Below, piece by piece: positions 1 to 10,483 of a stretch of 64,000 nt of DNA (within the stretch, counting starts at the first letter, position 1; each line of letters begins with the position of its first letter). The stretch is from IMG/VR virus record IMGVR_UViG_3300014526_000001; one strand, written 5' to 3'. This DNA comes from an uncultured virus (IMG/VR IMGVR_UViG_3300014526_000001) (Duplodnaviria > Heunggongvirae > Uroviricota > Caudoviricetes). The notes under the pieces were generated by a model. The model was not told where the DNA came from. It worked only from the letters and a program-made list of their open reading frames with translations, and did no database searches. Made by a program: the position numbers and the translations under genes.

Positions 1-2
1 AA

Positions 3-617
3 TTAAAGAAACACAAACAAAAGTCAGAGGTAAAAAAAGAAATCTACGATCGATTCAACTTTATCAAGGAAACTTATGGTTTTCTTGATGAAGAGGAAAT
101 TTTAATTGATTTACAAGTTATCTTTATGACAGTAGCGAGACGTTATCAGCAAATGGGACGTAGTTTCTGCGGCTATTTATATAATTGTTTCCGATATGAA
201 GTATATCGCCATATCAAAAAATTCTTAAAAAATCCAATTAATATTCCTTATCGTCATACACAATTCGAAGACTATATGAAGTTTATTGAAGAGCCTTCGT
301 TTGAAGAAAACTATGAGGATCACTTTTATGAATCCAATTTAGGAATCCCAGATTTAAATTGGATTCAAGGGGAAACTTGCAGTGACAATTTTAAAGGGCT
401 CAGTATTCAAGAGCGAAAAATTGTTGTTAAGTATTACTTAGAAGATTGGAATGACAGACAGATATCTGAAGAGTTTGGCATTCATATTAATACGGTCAAT
501 CAAAAACGCAGATGCGCAACAATGAAGATAGCGAAAGAGCTAGGCTTAGAAGTAAGTGAAATTAAACGAAATCGTAAGTCTGGGAAGAAGGCAACTATTC
601 TTGTAGCCAATAAATAG
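3..617 (+). CDS. Sigma-70-family RNA polymerase sigma factor (5' end outside window)
   Basis: Frame open from position 3. Region-2-like SFCGYLYNCFRYEV and region-4 HTH LSIQERKIVVKYYLEDWNDRQISEEFGIHINTVNQKRR. Confidence 0.7.
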   Translation, partial: LKKHKQKSEVKKEIYDRFNFIKETYGFLDEEEILIDLQVIFMTVARRYQQMGRSFCGYLYNCFRYEVYRHIKKFLKNPINIPYRHTQFEDYMKFIEEPSFEENYEDHFYESNLGIPDLNWIQGETCSDNFKGLSIQERKIVVKYYLEDWNDRQISEEFGIHINTVNQKRRCATMKIAKELGLEVSEIKRNRKSGKKATILVANK

Positions 618-788
618 GTATCAACTTTTAGAATCAATGGAAAGACACTTGAATTCTTCAATGTTATATATTTTTATTGAACTTGGTTCCAAAAGAAACG
701 TGCACACTCTATTCGACGCACCACACCATTTGGATTTTGAGGTGTTATCTACGCTCGGATTTTATAAGACAAATTGATATTTTAAATT

Positions 789-847
789 AAAAACACACTA
801 AGATGAATGGACTCATGGGAAGTTCAACAGATTTAGTGTGTTTTTTA
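789..847 (+). terminator. Inverted repeat followed by T-run (terminator/attenuator-like)
   Basis: AAAAACACACTAA (789-801) pairs with TTAGTGTGTTTTT (833-845); the 31-nt loop is unusually long. Confidence 0.45.
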
Positions 848-978
848 TTTTGAGGATGAAAGGTGATTATATCCTTTATGTAGGAAATAGCATCATGGTC
901 ATTTAGATTTTATTTTCATTTGAACAATCCTTAGACTTTGGATTGTTGCTTTTAATAATAGCTGAGGTGAAGAAATAA

Positions 979-1707
979 ATGGGAAAACTATGTATGTATT
1001 GTATGGAGGAATACAGGAACGATGATATCATGGTTCCTTATAAAATTAATGAGGTTGGGGTATATCAAGATTGTCCTAAACGTACTTGCGATGGCAAGAT
1101 ATACACTATCGATGACAGCATTATTTCTACGATCACGATATTAAATTCTAAAGGTTATCATACTTACAGTTCTTGTGCAGGGCATCATTTAGAACATAGT
1201 ACTGAATGTTATATAGAGTTTACAAATGAAGTTAAATCCATTCCTGTACTGCCAGTAGGCTTTAAATTACGCAAAAAAACGATAGAAGGAAAGACCCGTT
1301 TGGCCATCTACTGCAAGCCGAATTCAGAAGATCCTATTGATCAATTCACTGAGCTATTGGATTTTGCCCAAATTCTATATGAATGGGCCATTGAGTTGGA
1401 TTTCAATTTTTCAGGGCTAAATATCGCTGTTATCGACTTAGGTTCAGAATATATCTTCTCTCCACTTGTTGAATCAGCATTTCTAAATGTAGGTAAAACC
1501 GATGCAAAAGAGAAGATGGAGAAGCAGAATAAAGAAAAGCTAAAGCATACTTCTAATAAGTCTAATGGGCCAGATACAGGAGAGCTAAGATTAACAGAGG
1601 TTACTAAAGCTAAAAGAAAACGCTGCAATTCTTCTGCAATCGCAAAGAGTGAGAGTAAAAAGGAAAGTAAAAATAAGTCAGGTTATCCAAAGAAAAATAA
1701 AGACTAA
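979..1707 (+). CDS. Hypothetical protein (N-terminal Cys motifs, Lys-rich tail)
   Basis: 242-aa ORF with GAGGTG RBS; CxxC, CxxxxC and SSCAGH motifs. Confidence 0.7.
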   Translation: MGKLCMYCMEEYRNDDIMVPYKINEVGVYQDCPKRTCDGKIYTIDDSIISTITILNSKGYHTYSSCAGHHLEHSTECYIEFTNEVKSIPVLPVGFKLRKKTIEGKTRLAIYCKPNSEDPIDQFTELLDFAQILYEWAIELDFNFSGLNIAVIDLGSEYIFSPLVESAFLNVGKTDAKEKMEKQNKEKLKHTSNKSNGPDTGELRLTEVTKAKRKRCNSSAIAKSESKKESKNKSGYPKKNKD

Positions 1708-1769
1708 TATGTAATACTCTGTTGAGTCCAGTAATTAAACTTATAGAACTATATAAGGAGTTGATAACG

Positions 1770-2261
1770 TTGGCACAAACTATTCTTCACAAACGTGGAC
1801 TAAAAGCATCACTGCCTGAGCTTCTGGAGTCAGAGATTGCTTTTACTAAAGACACACGAGAAGTGTTTATTGGTACAAATGAAGGCAATAAACGCTTATT
1901 AACAGAAGACAATAACCACAAAATTGTTGTCTTTGTTGTGTCTGGAGATGTCGCCGAAGGCGTACAAGATCCACATATCGTTCTTCCTTATGATGTAGAA
2001 GTTCTAGACGTCAAAGCATATGTTGCGACTCAGCCAGGGGCGGATCTGCAGTTCCAATTGGAGTACTCAATTGATTATACCAATTGGAGCCCGTTGACAG
2101 TGGATCCTATTCAAATAAATTCAGGTTCATTCGGAAACAACGGTGGACACGAACTAAGTGTGAGAGACCTATTAGCTGAGACTATGCTGCGAATTAATGT
2201 GATTGCGAGCTCGGTCGAGGCTCGAAATTTAACAGTCAACATTAAAACTATAAGAAAGTAG
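1770..2261 (+). CDS. Phage structural protein with Mtd-N-like / tail-fibre N-terminal motif
   Basis: AAGGAG RBS before TTG at 1770. ILHKRGLKASLPELLESEIAFTKDTREVFIG resembles the major-tropism-determinant N-terminal motif. Confidence 0.6.
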   Translation: MAQTILHKRGLKASLPELLESEIAFTKDTREVFIGTNEGNKRLLTEDNNHKIVVFVVSGDVAEGVQDPHIVLPYDVEVLDVKAYVATQPGADLQFQLEYSIDYTNWSPLTVDPIQINSGSFGNNGGHELSVRDLLAETMLRINVIASSVEARNLTVNIKTIRK

Positions 2262-2272
2262 GAGATTAGATT

Positions 2273-3016
2273 ATGGCAAATGCACCTATTGTTTCTTGGT
2301 ACGAAGGCACTAACGAAACATCAAAAGAAGTAACAGGCGTAGTTAACTATGGCGTAGTAGACGCAGATAGTGCTTCTCCGGTTAAAACATTCTACATCTG
2401 GAACAACCGCGGTGGGAAAGAAGACTGCTCTAAGATGGAGGAAGTTGTATTTACGACTCGTGACCGTCAAGGCGGTACTGGAGATACTCCTGGGTCTGTC
2501 GTTGAAGCAGTTCGAGATAACTGGTTCCAAACTCGATGCGACAGCTTAAACGAAAATGACTTTATTCCAGTTGGTAAAGGCGGAGTCGAAAACGAATCTG
2601 GTGTTCATGCATTGGGTACATTAGGTTCTACTTATCACGCTGATGCTAAAACAGCAGTTGCTTGGGCTGCTCAAACTGTTGTGAGTTTAAATACTGCTAT
2701 CGCTCCTGCTACAGACAATGGATTCATTTACATTGTAACAAAGGCAGGAACTACCTCAACAACGGAACCAACATGGTTAACTGAAGAGGGAGCAGTTATC
2801 ATGGATGGTAACGTTGAGTTTACAGCGGTTGAAAAAATTAAGACTCCTGGAACTCAAGAGATTCTTGGTCTTAAAAATAACGTAGCAGCTAACGGCAGCG
2901 ATGCAGACGATGCCGCTGGTAACTTCGTTAAGATCTCTGTATTCGCAGAGGTGCCAATTACAGCCTCAGCAGGTAAAAATGAATTACTAAAACGTGTAAG
3001 TTACCGTTACGTATAA
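2273..3016 (+). CDS. Phage structural protein with inserted CBM5/12-like module
   Basis: AGGAG RBS. Internal WAAQT...GFIYIVTKAGTTSTTEPTW...DGNVEF motif is typical of small carbohydrate-binding inserts in phage proteins. Confidence 0.6.
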   Translation: MANAPIVSWYEGTNETSKEVTGVVNYGVVDADSASPVKTFYIWNNRGGKEDCSKMEEVVFTTRDRQGGTGDTPGSVVEAVRDNWFQTRCDSLNENDFIPVGKGGVENESGVHALGTLGSTYHADAKTAVAWAAQTVVSLNTAIAPATDNGFIYIVTKAGTTSTTEPTWLTEEGAVIMDGNVEFTAVEKIKTPGTQEILGLKNNVAANGSDADDAAGNFVKISVFAEVPITASAGKNELLKRVSYRYV

Positions 3017-3115
3017 TCATTATGGCAACTCAATAACTTTCCTAAAAGATTGTGTATAGTGGTTATCGCTATACACAATTTCTTTATTAGTGAACCTTTA
3101 TATGGAGGTAAACAG

Positions 3116-4033
3116 ATGCCTACTTCAAAATATATAGACACAGCAAGCTTTTATTGGAAGTTAGACGAAGAATCAGGAACTATCATTATAGATAGTACTG
3201 CCAATAAGGCAGACGGATACACAACTGGATCGCCAGCTATTGTAGATGGACAATGGGGAAAAGCAAGAAGCATAAAAAGTACAACAGATCGCATTCAAAA
3301 AAGAAATGCTGTTGTGTCAAACGCCAATATTACAATTATGGGATGGTACAAAATTAATCCGACAACAAGAGGCACAGCTGTATATCAAAACTATGTTGGC
3401 GGATTAACAAGCATGAGTGCTAATGGGATGGCATTAGGAATCTCAACAGATGGCTACTATTCATTAAATCATTACGGCACAACTGGTCATACAAATTCAA
3501 AGACGAATGTCCCAGTCGTAAATGATTGGGCTCATCTCGCTTTTACAAAAGAAGGTACAAGCTATAAGCTCTTTATCAATGGAGTACTCAAGCTAACTTT
3601 GACTGCAGGGCATAACATCGGAACAACATTCTCCACATCCTATGAGAACGCATCAACTGCGTTTGGAGTAGTAGACTTTTTAGTTGATGAGATTATTCTA
3701 TGGGAACAAACCTTAACAGATGATCAAGTCTATGAAATATATAGTGGCTATGTGATCTCTAACAAACACCTAATTAAAGTAGGATCAATCATAAAAGCCT
3801 ATATAAACGAAGAGTGGATCTCTGTAGGAGGAGAACCTGTAACACCAGCAATGTTTGAGGTTCTAAGGGCATCCAATTTGAACTTTACGGAGAGAATGGA
3901 AAAAGATTTAAGCGCCTATCCAATGGTCAACGTTGATCATTTATTCGTGAATGAGCCTGGAAGATTCTTCAGACAGTCTATTGACTTGAAAAACACGAAT
4001 TATATTACGGGTGTAAAGGTCTCACATAAATAA
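3116..4033 (+). CDS. LamG-like (concanavalin A fold) protein with shared C-terminal module A
   Basis: GGAGGT RBS before ATG 3116. YWKLDE...WAHLAFT...LFING...VDEIILWEQTLT motifs; C-terminus GRFFRQSIDLKNTNYITGVKV. Confidence 0.75.
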   Translation: MPTSKYIDTASFYWKLDEESGTIIIDSTANKADGYTTGSPAIVDGQWGKARSIKSTTDRIQKRNAVVSNANITIMGWYKINPTTRGTAVYQNYVGGLTSMSANGMALGISTDGYYSLNHYGTTGHTNSKTNVPVVNDWAHLAFTKEGTSYKLFINGVLKLTLTAGHNIGTTFSTSYENASTAFGVVDFLVDEIILWEQTLTDDQVYEIYSGYVISNKHLIKVGSIIKAYINEEWISVGGEPVTPAMFEVLRASNLNFTERMEKDLSAYPMVNVDHLFVNEPGRFFRQSIDLKNTNYITGVKVSHK

Positions 4034-4067
4034 GAGACCTAATACAGAAAAAGGGGAGGAACATTAA

Positions 4068-4655
4068 ATGTTTGAAAAGAGCCTGGACTTTAAAGCCATT
4101 AACATACCTTACAACTGGAATGTTGACTATTGGGATGGAACACATCTATCTGAGTATGACGAACAGACAAGAATTAAAAACGATTTCTATGAGATTAATA
4201 AAGATAGCATTGCGAGATTTGGACTGTTTGGCTGCGGTAGCAAGTATTTCTATGAAGACTCAGACGGATCATTTAACTTGAAAGGTAAGAGAGTGGAGAT
4301 TTTCTATGAGGTAGACGGAAGACAATATCGAGTAGGCTCCCATCAAAAAGATCCGATTACTTACAAGAGAGCATATGCTGACTACAACAATGTCCAAGGG
4401 CCTCAGCGCTCAAATATTGAATCCATTCATTTTGGATATAAGACACGAATTGAAAATGGTGACATAAAGCTGTTCTATCAATCTGTTGTTGCACTTCCAG
4501 CCTTTACTAGCATATTTATTGAAGTCAAGCTTTCTGCTAACAAGGATCTTAATGGAGATCTTGTATTTAAAGTTAAAGGGAAAGAGGTTGAGCGATACAG
4601 AGCCCCTTTAAAAGCAGGAAAAGCAGGTCAGATCAACTGGACAGTTAAGTACTGA
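4068..4655 (+). CDS. Hypothetical phage structural protein
   Basis: 195-aa ORF with GGGGAGG RBS inside the structural operon. Confidence 0.7.
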   Translation: MFEKSLDFKAINIPYNWNVDYWDGTHLSEYDEQTRIKNDFYEINKDSIARFGLFGCGSKYFYEDSDGSFNLKGKRVEIFYEVDGRQYRVGSHQKDPITYKRAYADYNNVQGPQRSNIESIHFGYKTRIENGDIKLFYQSVVALPAFTSIFIEVKLSANKDLNGDLVFKVKGKEVERYRAPLKAGKAGQINWTVKY

Positions 4656-4680
4656 CCAGATAAAGAACAGGAAGATTTTC

Positions 4681-5370
4681 TTGAATAAAAAAGAAATAAT
4701 GCTCTCTTCAATATTAAGAACTGAACAGATTGTTACATCTCCGGCCATATCAGATAACCAAAAATTAATTTTAATTGATGATAGCACCAGCACATCCGTC
4801 GGATTTAATAATAGAGACGCAAGAATCTATTACAACTTTAACGACCCTATCTTCGTTACTAAAATCAAAGTAGCTGTAGGATCAGGGGATAATAAATCCT
4901 ATGTAGTAACTTTGTATGGAAGAAATAACGGGAATGAACCATGGAGTCAAGTTATAAAAACAAATATGAATGAAAATGCTGTTACAACATTTAGTATAAA
5001 CAACAGCTACAAACATATTCAGTTGAGTGCTTATGGTAATGGTGGAAAAGGTTATGCTCCTAATAATTCATTAGTCAAACTATTGACTGTATATGGAGCG
5101 ACACTAGAGTACTCCCTAATTCGGAATAAAGATAACTATTTTGTTTACCAAAATAACAAATTTCTAAACCTCGGCCAGATCAATATAGGAGAAATCAAAA
5201 GTATTGGAATGACCGACTTATCTTTACTAGACAAAGTAACTACGCAGCTGGAACCTGCAGCTATGGCGAATGAAGCAAGCATCTTGTTGACTAATGGCAA
5301 AGTATATAAAAAAACAGTAAATTTACAGAAGCATTTAGATATTCGTAGTATGAAAGTTGAGGCGAAGTAA
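4681..5370 (+). CDS. Discoidin-like payload plus C-terminal module A
   Basis: LYGRNNGNEPW...YKHIQL motif; C-terminus GMTDLSLLDK...GKVYKKTVNLQKHLDIRSMKV. Confidence 0.7.
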   Translation: MNKKEIMLSSILRTEQIVTSPAISDNQKLILIDDSTSTSVGFNNRDARIYYNFNDPIFVTKIKVAVGSGDNKSYVVTLYGRNNGNEPWSQVIKTNMNENAVTTFSINNSYKHIQLSAYGNGGKGYAPNNSLVKLLTVYGATLEYSLIRNKDNYFVYQNNKFLNLGQINIGEIKSIGMTDLSLLDKVTTQLEPAAMANEASILLTNGKVYKKTVNLQKHLDIRSMKVEAK

Positions 5371-6451
5371 ATTGGCAGAGCTTATGAAAGTCGACTATGT
5401 CACGCATGACGAATCCTATTTTAAAAATACCATTCACTCTAAATTACGAAGAATCGCCTTATCATTATCAGGAGCAGTTGTAGGCATTCACTCTCCTGAC
5501 GATACGGACCTTTGGGATGACGGCACGGCAGTTGACTGGGGAGCCTATGAATCGAATGGATGGAATTGCATGGTGCAGATTCCTAAGTTCTACTACAAAG
5601 TAGAAAATGGCACCTTAGGAATGTTTAAAGATGTGTACCGTTGCGAAGTAAGTGAAATACAAAGAGAAGGTTTTAAGCTGCATCCCGTTTTTGAACGTAT
5701 AGATGGCGTAATTGAAAATTACCAATATGTTGCTGCATTTGAAGGGTGGGTAGATGGTAATGGAAGATTGAGAAGCTTACCGAATAAGACGATTACAATA
5801 GGCAGAACACGAGCCAGCTTCCGCGCTGCTGCTCAGCTTAATGGCTTAGATTTTCGACAAATAGACTACCTGTTACTCAGTGCCATTCAAATGCTATTTA
5901 TTACTGAATACGCTTCATTCAATAGTCAAAATGCACTGGGTAAAGGAATGTCGCTCACAGCAAATAACTTCCTTCGGACAGGTAAAAGCCTGAAAAATGG
6001 CAATAGGTCATATGGAGACAAAGAAACGAATTCAGCCCATATGACCTATCGCGGCTTAGAAAATCTGTGGGGTAACTACTACTCTTATGTGGATGGAGTA
6101 AATTTCTATAATTATGTAACTTATATAAGCAAGCGAATATTTGAAGATAATAAAACAAGCGGGAACTATAAAAATGCTGGTATTAGGGTTCCCAACAATT
6201 ATGGCTATATTAAGAACTTCATGAGGGTTGACGGATACTATGACTTTAATTTCTTACCTGTTGAAGTCGGAGCAGCTGAATTTAGCTACCTCGGAGATTA
6301 TCATTTCTATACATCTGGGCATTGTGGCCTTGCTTTTGGAGGTGCCACATCAATCCAAGGACAAACAGGAATCTTTCAAACAAACATACAAATAAGTTCT
6401 ACTTCAGCCCTATCAAACTGTGGTAGTCGACTTGCCTATATCTTGTCTTAG
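5357..6451 (+). CDS. Mtd-like C-type-lectin-fold receptor-binding protein
   Basis: MVQIPKFYYK, GFKLHPVF, YVAAFEG, YRGLENLWGN and terminal FGG...G..GIF...GSRLAY motifs of the CLec-fold tail-fibre / DGR-target family. Confidence 0.7.
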   Translation: MRRSKLAELMKVDYVTHDESYFKNTIHSKLRRIALSLSGAVVGIHSPDDTDLWDDGTAVDWGAYESNGWNCMVQIPKFYYKVENGTLGMFKDVYRCEVSEIQREGFKLHPVFERIDGVIENYQYVAAFEGWVDGNGRLRSLPNKTITIGRTRASFRAAAQLNGLDFRQIDYLLLSAIQMLFITEYASFNSQNALGKGMSLTANNFLRTGKSLKNGNRSYGDKETNSAHMTYRGLENLWGNYYSYVDGVNFYNYVTYISKRIFEDNKTSGNYKNAGIRVPNNYGYIKNFMRVDGYYDFNFLPVEVGAAEFSYLGDYHFYTSGHCGLAFGGATSIQGQTGIFQTNIQISSTSALSNCGSRLAYILS

Positions 6452-6485
6452 CCCTCTTTTCTAATATCAATGGAGGTGATGCACA

Positions 6486-7031
6486 TTGACAAGGGTAGCG
6501 AAGATGGAATGGGTATTTGATGTGGATGAATCAACGCATTATGCCGACACTTTAAATCCGGTGAATGACGTAACAACAGACATAAAAAAATCTATTGCCA
6601 ATCTTCAATGGATCGCTGATACAGATATGCCTGCTAGTTATGTTGAATGGGTAAATCCAAATAACGAGGTGCTCAAGCCTAAGATGGCTTCAACTGGCAT
6701 CGAGTTCCGAATAGACGAAGATACAACAGAGTGGTATAAATCCAGTGAATTTAATAGTTCTATTATTTTCCATGAAAAAGCCTTTAAGCTATGGAATAAA
6801 GGTACAGGAAGCTGGGAGACAACCCCTACATTACCTACCGATACGCAATTTATTGAGTTGGCGTGGACTTTAAGAGACTTAAATGCTTCGATTAAAGAGC
6901 ATTTGCTAAAAATGAATCAACAGGAGAACGCTGTGTCAGATGGTATCGACTATGAATTATTTAGCCAAATTATTGACCTAAACAAATGCTTATATATTGA
7001 GGATTTAAAAGTACAGGCGGTGATGAAATAA
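6486..7031 (+). CDS. Small payload plus C-terminal module A
   Basis: GGAGGTG RBS; C-terminus SIIFHEKAFKLW...WETTPTLPTDTQF...LFSQIIDLNKCLYIEDLKV. Confidence 0.7.
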   Translation: MTRVAKMEWVFDVDESTHYADTLNPVNDVTTDIKKSIANLQWIADTDMPASYVEWVNPNNEVLKPKMASTGIEFRIDEDTTEWYKSSEFNSSIIFHEKAFKLWNKGTGSWETTPTLPTDTQFIELAWTLRDLNASIKEHLLKMNQQENAVSDGIDYELFSQIIDLNKCLYIEDLKVQAVMK

Positions 7032-8221
7032 TGGCAGGAAGCGCCAAACCTGATCAAAAGATGAAAGAGGCTCAGTTTAAATATATTAGAGGATCAGGAT
7101 CGCAAGGCGCTCAAGCAAGTGGATTGTTTAATGGAGTTACTATCAATCAATGGAACACTGCTCATGTTATGTATTGGTCCGACTCCTCACATTATGTAGA
7201 GTTTCAAGTCTCTACTAGATTTAATATATGGCGAACAGGTACAACAACTTGGAGTAATTATACAGCTTCTTTGATAATAAAAAAGTATAACGAACAATCA
7301 AGCCAATACGACGATGTAACATCTAATTATCCACAAACGGTATCAGATATTCCACATAATAAGTGGGAGAAAACCATTTCAAATCTCCCAAGAGGTCAAT
7401 ATCGAATGGAATATGGAAATGGACTGAGACTGGATTCTGAATGGTTTTTAGAGTCTGTTAATAGTACTAAATCTCTGATCATTCATGATAGCGAATATAA
7501 GAAATTTAATCCAGCAGTACCAGGTAAAGATCCGACTATTAATACTATACCCCATATGACAAGCAATACTACTCCAACAGGTAACGTAACTGCTAGAGGG
7601 GCTTACACCCCTGCATGGCAAGCATTCGACAGGAATAATGGAACCTACTGGTACGACAATGGATCTAATGCAAGTAATCCGACCTGGCTTCAATATGAAT
7701 TTGATTCACCTAGAATCATCAATAAAATAACGCTGCAATGTGCTACCGTAATCACAAGTGGGGCATTTGGAATAAAAGAATTTACGTTATTGGGTAGTTA
7801 TGATGGTGTAAGTTATGACAAGCTTTTATCTGTTAATAACCACCCTAATAGCAGTGATAAATTAACTTACACATTTGATAATAACAACAAGTATTTTTTT
7901 TATAAGCTATTGTTCGGAGCAAGCTACTATGGTTATTATGCATTGGTGAGTTCCTTTGAAATGTATGAGGCAGCTACTGAAGACATCCCTGCTCATTGGT
8001 CAATCATTTCCCCTACTCTTCCTACTTCGGCTGAGTTCTTAAAGCAGGGGATGGATAATTTATCAATTCTATTTGAACAAAAACTTGTAACAGCAAAACC
8101 TAATCCGATGATTGAAAAAAACGGAATAATTAATGAAGGTGAAGAAGGTAAGGTATTTAGTTATAGTCTTAACCTAAAAAGACTAATAGATATTAGAAGT
8201 ATTAAGAACGAGGTGATGTGA
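7031..8221 (+). CDS. Two-payload protein; discoidin (F5/8 type C) domain inserted into module A
   Basis: MTSNTTP...AWQAFD...WLQYEF...KEFTLLGSYDG...FEMYE lies between KSLIIHDSEYKKF and W...PT...F...GMD...GKVFSYSLNLKRLIDIRSI. Confidence 0.8.
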   Translation: MAGSAKPDQKMKEAQFKYIRGSGSQGAQASGLFNGVTINQWNTAHVMYWSDSSHYVEFQVSTRFNIWRTGTTTWSNYTASLIIKKYNEQSSQYDDVTSNYPQTVSDIPHNKWEKTISNLPRGQYRMEYGNGLRLDSEWFLESVNSTKSLIIHDSEYKKFNPAVPGKDPTINTIPHMTSNTTPTGNVTARGAYTPAWQAFDRNNGTYWYDNGSNASNPTWLQYEFDSPRIINKITLQCATVITSGAFGIKEFTLLGSYDGVSYDKLLSVNNHPNSSDKLTYTFDNNNKYFFYKLLFGASYYGYYALVSSFEMYEAATEDIPAHWSIISPTLPTSAEFLKQGMDNLSILFEQKLVTAKPNPMIEKNGIINEGEEGKVFSYSLNLKRLIDIRSIKNEVM

Positions 8222-8222
8222 C

Positions 8223-9668
8223 ATGCCGACTATCATGATTAATAGTCAACAACTAACCTTTAATAATATCTACTATGTAGATTCTATCAATGGTTCTGAT
8301 CAAAATAGCGGGTCGGAAGACTCCCCCTTTTTAACGGTCAATTATGCTGTTTCAAGATGTGCTACAACGGGCGATGCCATTTACGCTAATAAAGGTACTC
8401 ATGACGTTACTAGGCTTGCAGGAACCTATGATTCAGGAGGTTTATGGGATGATAGCAAAGCAATTTCCTTTATTGGCGTAAAAGGACAAACCATTTTTGT
8501 TTGTGATGGAAGTAAGCATAGCGGTAGAGACACACACTGCATTATGTTCAGAAACGCAGGTACTAAAGCCTATCAAATAACTTTTGACTTCAGAGTTGGC
8601 AACCGAGCAATAAATTATTCGACCTCCATTTGTGGAGCAGGAGGTCCTGTTACAAGAGGGGAAATTATTAATTGCTTGTTTAAAGTTGATAGCCCTTCTC
8701 CTAGCTTTAGCTACTCCAATGATGGGACGACTACAACAAAATTTACTAATTGCGTGTTTGATGTTAAGGCAAACTTTGTAGGAAGCTATACAGGAGGTCC
8801 TGGAATTACACTAGAAAATTGTATTACAAATTTCACATTTCACACAGAGGGAACTAAGACAAACACTTTTGACAAAGGGAGTTTCGATTCTAAGTATCAC
8901 ATTACAAATTTTGATGAAATTGCTTTGAATGTTGGGATTTATTCAGGTAAATATGGCTGGACCTTTGATAAGATCTTGCTCCAGCATAATAACAATAAGA
9001 TATATACAATCGAGTCATCCGAGAATTGGTATCAGACTAAAATGACTTCCAATACCGCACCTGCCCCACTAGTGGCTAGTGCAAGCAGCTTCCACAGTTC
9101 AGGATATGAAGCATACAAAGCTTTTAATGGTGATCACATTACAGATAACTATTGGTGCACTACTAGCGCGGACAGTAAAAACTGTTGGCTTATGTTAGAC
9201 TTTAATGTTCCTAAAAGATTCAATAAAGTCGTTTTAAAATCAATGATTACGAGTAGGTTGGGCTATAACCCAAAAGAGTTTAAGATACAAGGCTCTAAAG
9301 ACAATCTTGTCTTTAAAGATTTGGCGACTGTAAATGAAGAATGGAATACAGAAACGGATAGGATAATCAACTTCCACAATTCCACTAAGTACCGGTATTA
9401 TAAGATATTTATTATTTCTAACAATGGGGCATCATGGTCAGGGATTAGAGAAGTTCAGTTTTATGAACGTAAAGATAAATTAATTAACTTGCCTTCTGCA
9501 AACCAAGCAAATTTTAAAAAATACGGAGGCTCCAATTTAAGGTTAGATACTATTTTTCCAATTATAAGCTTTGCTTTACAGGACAAATTCTCAAAAAATG
9601 AAGAAGGTCTTTGGGTAGTTACACTAGATAAGAAACCATTAGCAATAGAGTTCGGTAATAAAGAATAA
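8223..9668 (+). CDS. DUF1565-like / beta-helix protein with discoidin domain and C-terminal module B
   Basis: YYVDSINGSDQNSGSEDSPFLTV N-terminus, NC-rich beta-helix region, discoidin motifs, C-terminus NFKKYG...LDKKPLAIEF. Confidence 0.75.
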   Translation: MPTIMINSQQLTFNNIYYVDSINGSDQNSGSEDSPFLTVNYAVSRCATTGDAIYANKGTHDVTRLAGTYDSGGLWDDSKAISFIGVKGQTIFVCDGSKHSGRDTHCIMFRNAGTKAYQITFDFRVGNRAINYSTSICGAGGPVTRGEIINCLFKVDSPSPSFSYSNDGTTTTKFTNCVFDVKANFVGSYTGGPGITLENCITNFTFHTEGTKTNTFDKGSFDSKYHITNFDEIALNVGIYSGKYGWTFDKILLQHNNNKIYTIESSENWYQTKMTSNTAPAPLVASASSFHSSGYEAYKAFNGDHITDNYWCTTSADSKNCWLMLDFNVPKRFNKVVLKSMITSRLGYNPKEFKIQGSKDNLVFKDLATVNEEWNTETDRIINFHNSTKYRYYKIFIISNNGASWSGIREVQFYERKDKLINLPSANQANFKKYGGSNLRLDTIFPIISFALQDKFSKNEEGLWVVTLDKKPLAIEFGNKE

Positions 9669-9688
9669 AAGAATAGGAGTGTTAAGCA

Positions 9689-10411
9689 ATGACTGGATAT
9701 ATTTTGCTGCAAGCAAACAATAAGAAATACTCAATTGAATCAATCGACGCTTGGCATGAAACTAAAATGACAAGCAGCAATGAGCCTGCTCCATTGGCTG
9801 TAAGTGCTAGTAGTCAATACAGTGCAGACTATCCCGCCTGGAGAGCCTTTGATGGTTCAATAGCGAATGTCGGTAGTTTAAATAACTGCTGGATAACGGC
9901 TAATGGAGTGAAGGTGGGACACATCCAACTGGACTTTGGAAGGACTACTACTATTAGAGGATTCAGTTTAACGCCTAGGCAGAACAGTACTGCAGCCAGT
10001 GGTATCAACTGTATGCCAAAAAAATTTAATTTTTTAGGCTCTAATGACGGCATTAATTATTTTCTGATTAGCGAATATAAAAACGAAATTTGGTCTGCCT
10101 ACACTGAAGAAAGAAAATTCGTTTTATCAAAACCTGTAAAATACAGGTTTTATAAGTTCGAAATTCTAGAAAATAACGGTGGGACATATGTCTCAATAGG
10201 AGAAATTAAATTCTTAAAGGGCGTTGTGATGAGTGAATTACCAACAGGATCATTACAAAATTTTATTGATTACGGGAAAGGTTTATTGTCTAACCTGGAT
10301 CAATCGATCAATATAAAAACCTATGTCACACAGGATGAAGTTTCGAAAAACGACAAAGGTCTTCGGACATCTAAACTAGACAGGAAGCCACTTTATATTG
10401 AGATGATTTAA
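9689..10411 (+). CDS. Discoidin domain protein with module B
   Basis: Paralogous to the C-terminal half of 8223-9668 (ILLQ.NN.K.Y.IES...KMTS...NF.DYG...LDRKPLYIEM). Confidence 0.8.
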   Translation: MTGYILLQANNKKYSIESIDAWHETKMTSSNEPAPLAVSASSQYSADYPAWRAFDGSIANVGSLNNCWITANGVKVGHIQLDFGRTTTIRGFSLTPRQNSTAASGINCMPKKFNFLGSNDGINYFLISEYKNEIWSAYTEERKFVLSKPVKYRFYKFEILENNGGTYVSIGEIKFLKGVVMSELPTGSLQNFIDYGKGLLSNLDQSINIKTYVTQDEVSKNDKGLRTSKLDRKPLYIEMI

Positions 10412-10483
10412 AGCAGGCACAGGTTATCCGCTTGCTCGATGAGTAATAACAATTAATGAAAGCAAAAACGTTAAAAGGAGTGA

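Noticed and set aside
5357..6480. Complete diversity-generating retroelement
   Set aside because: No reverse transcriptase, template repeat or downstream hairpin found in the window.
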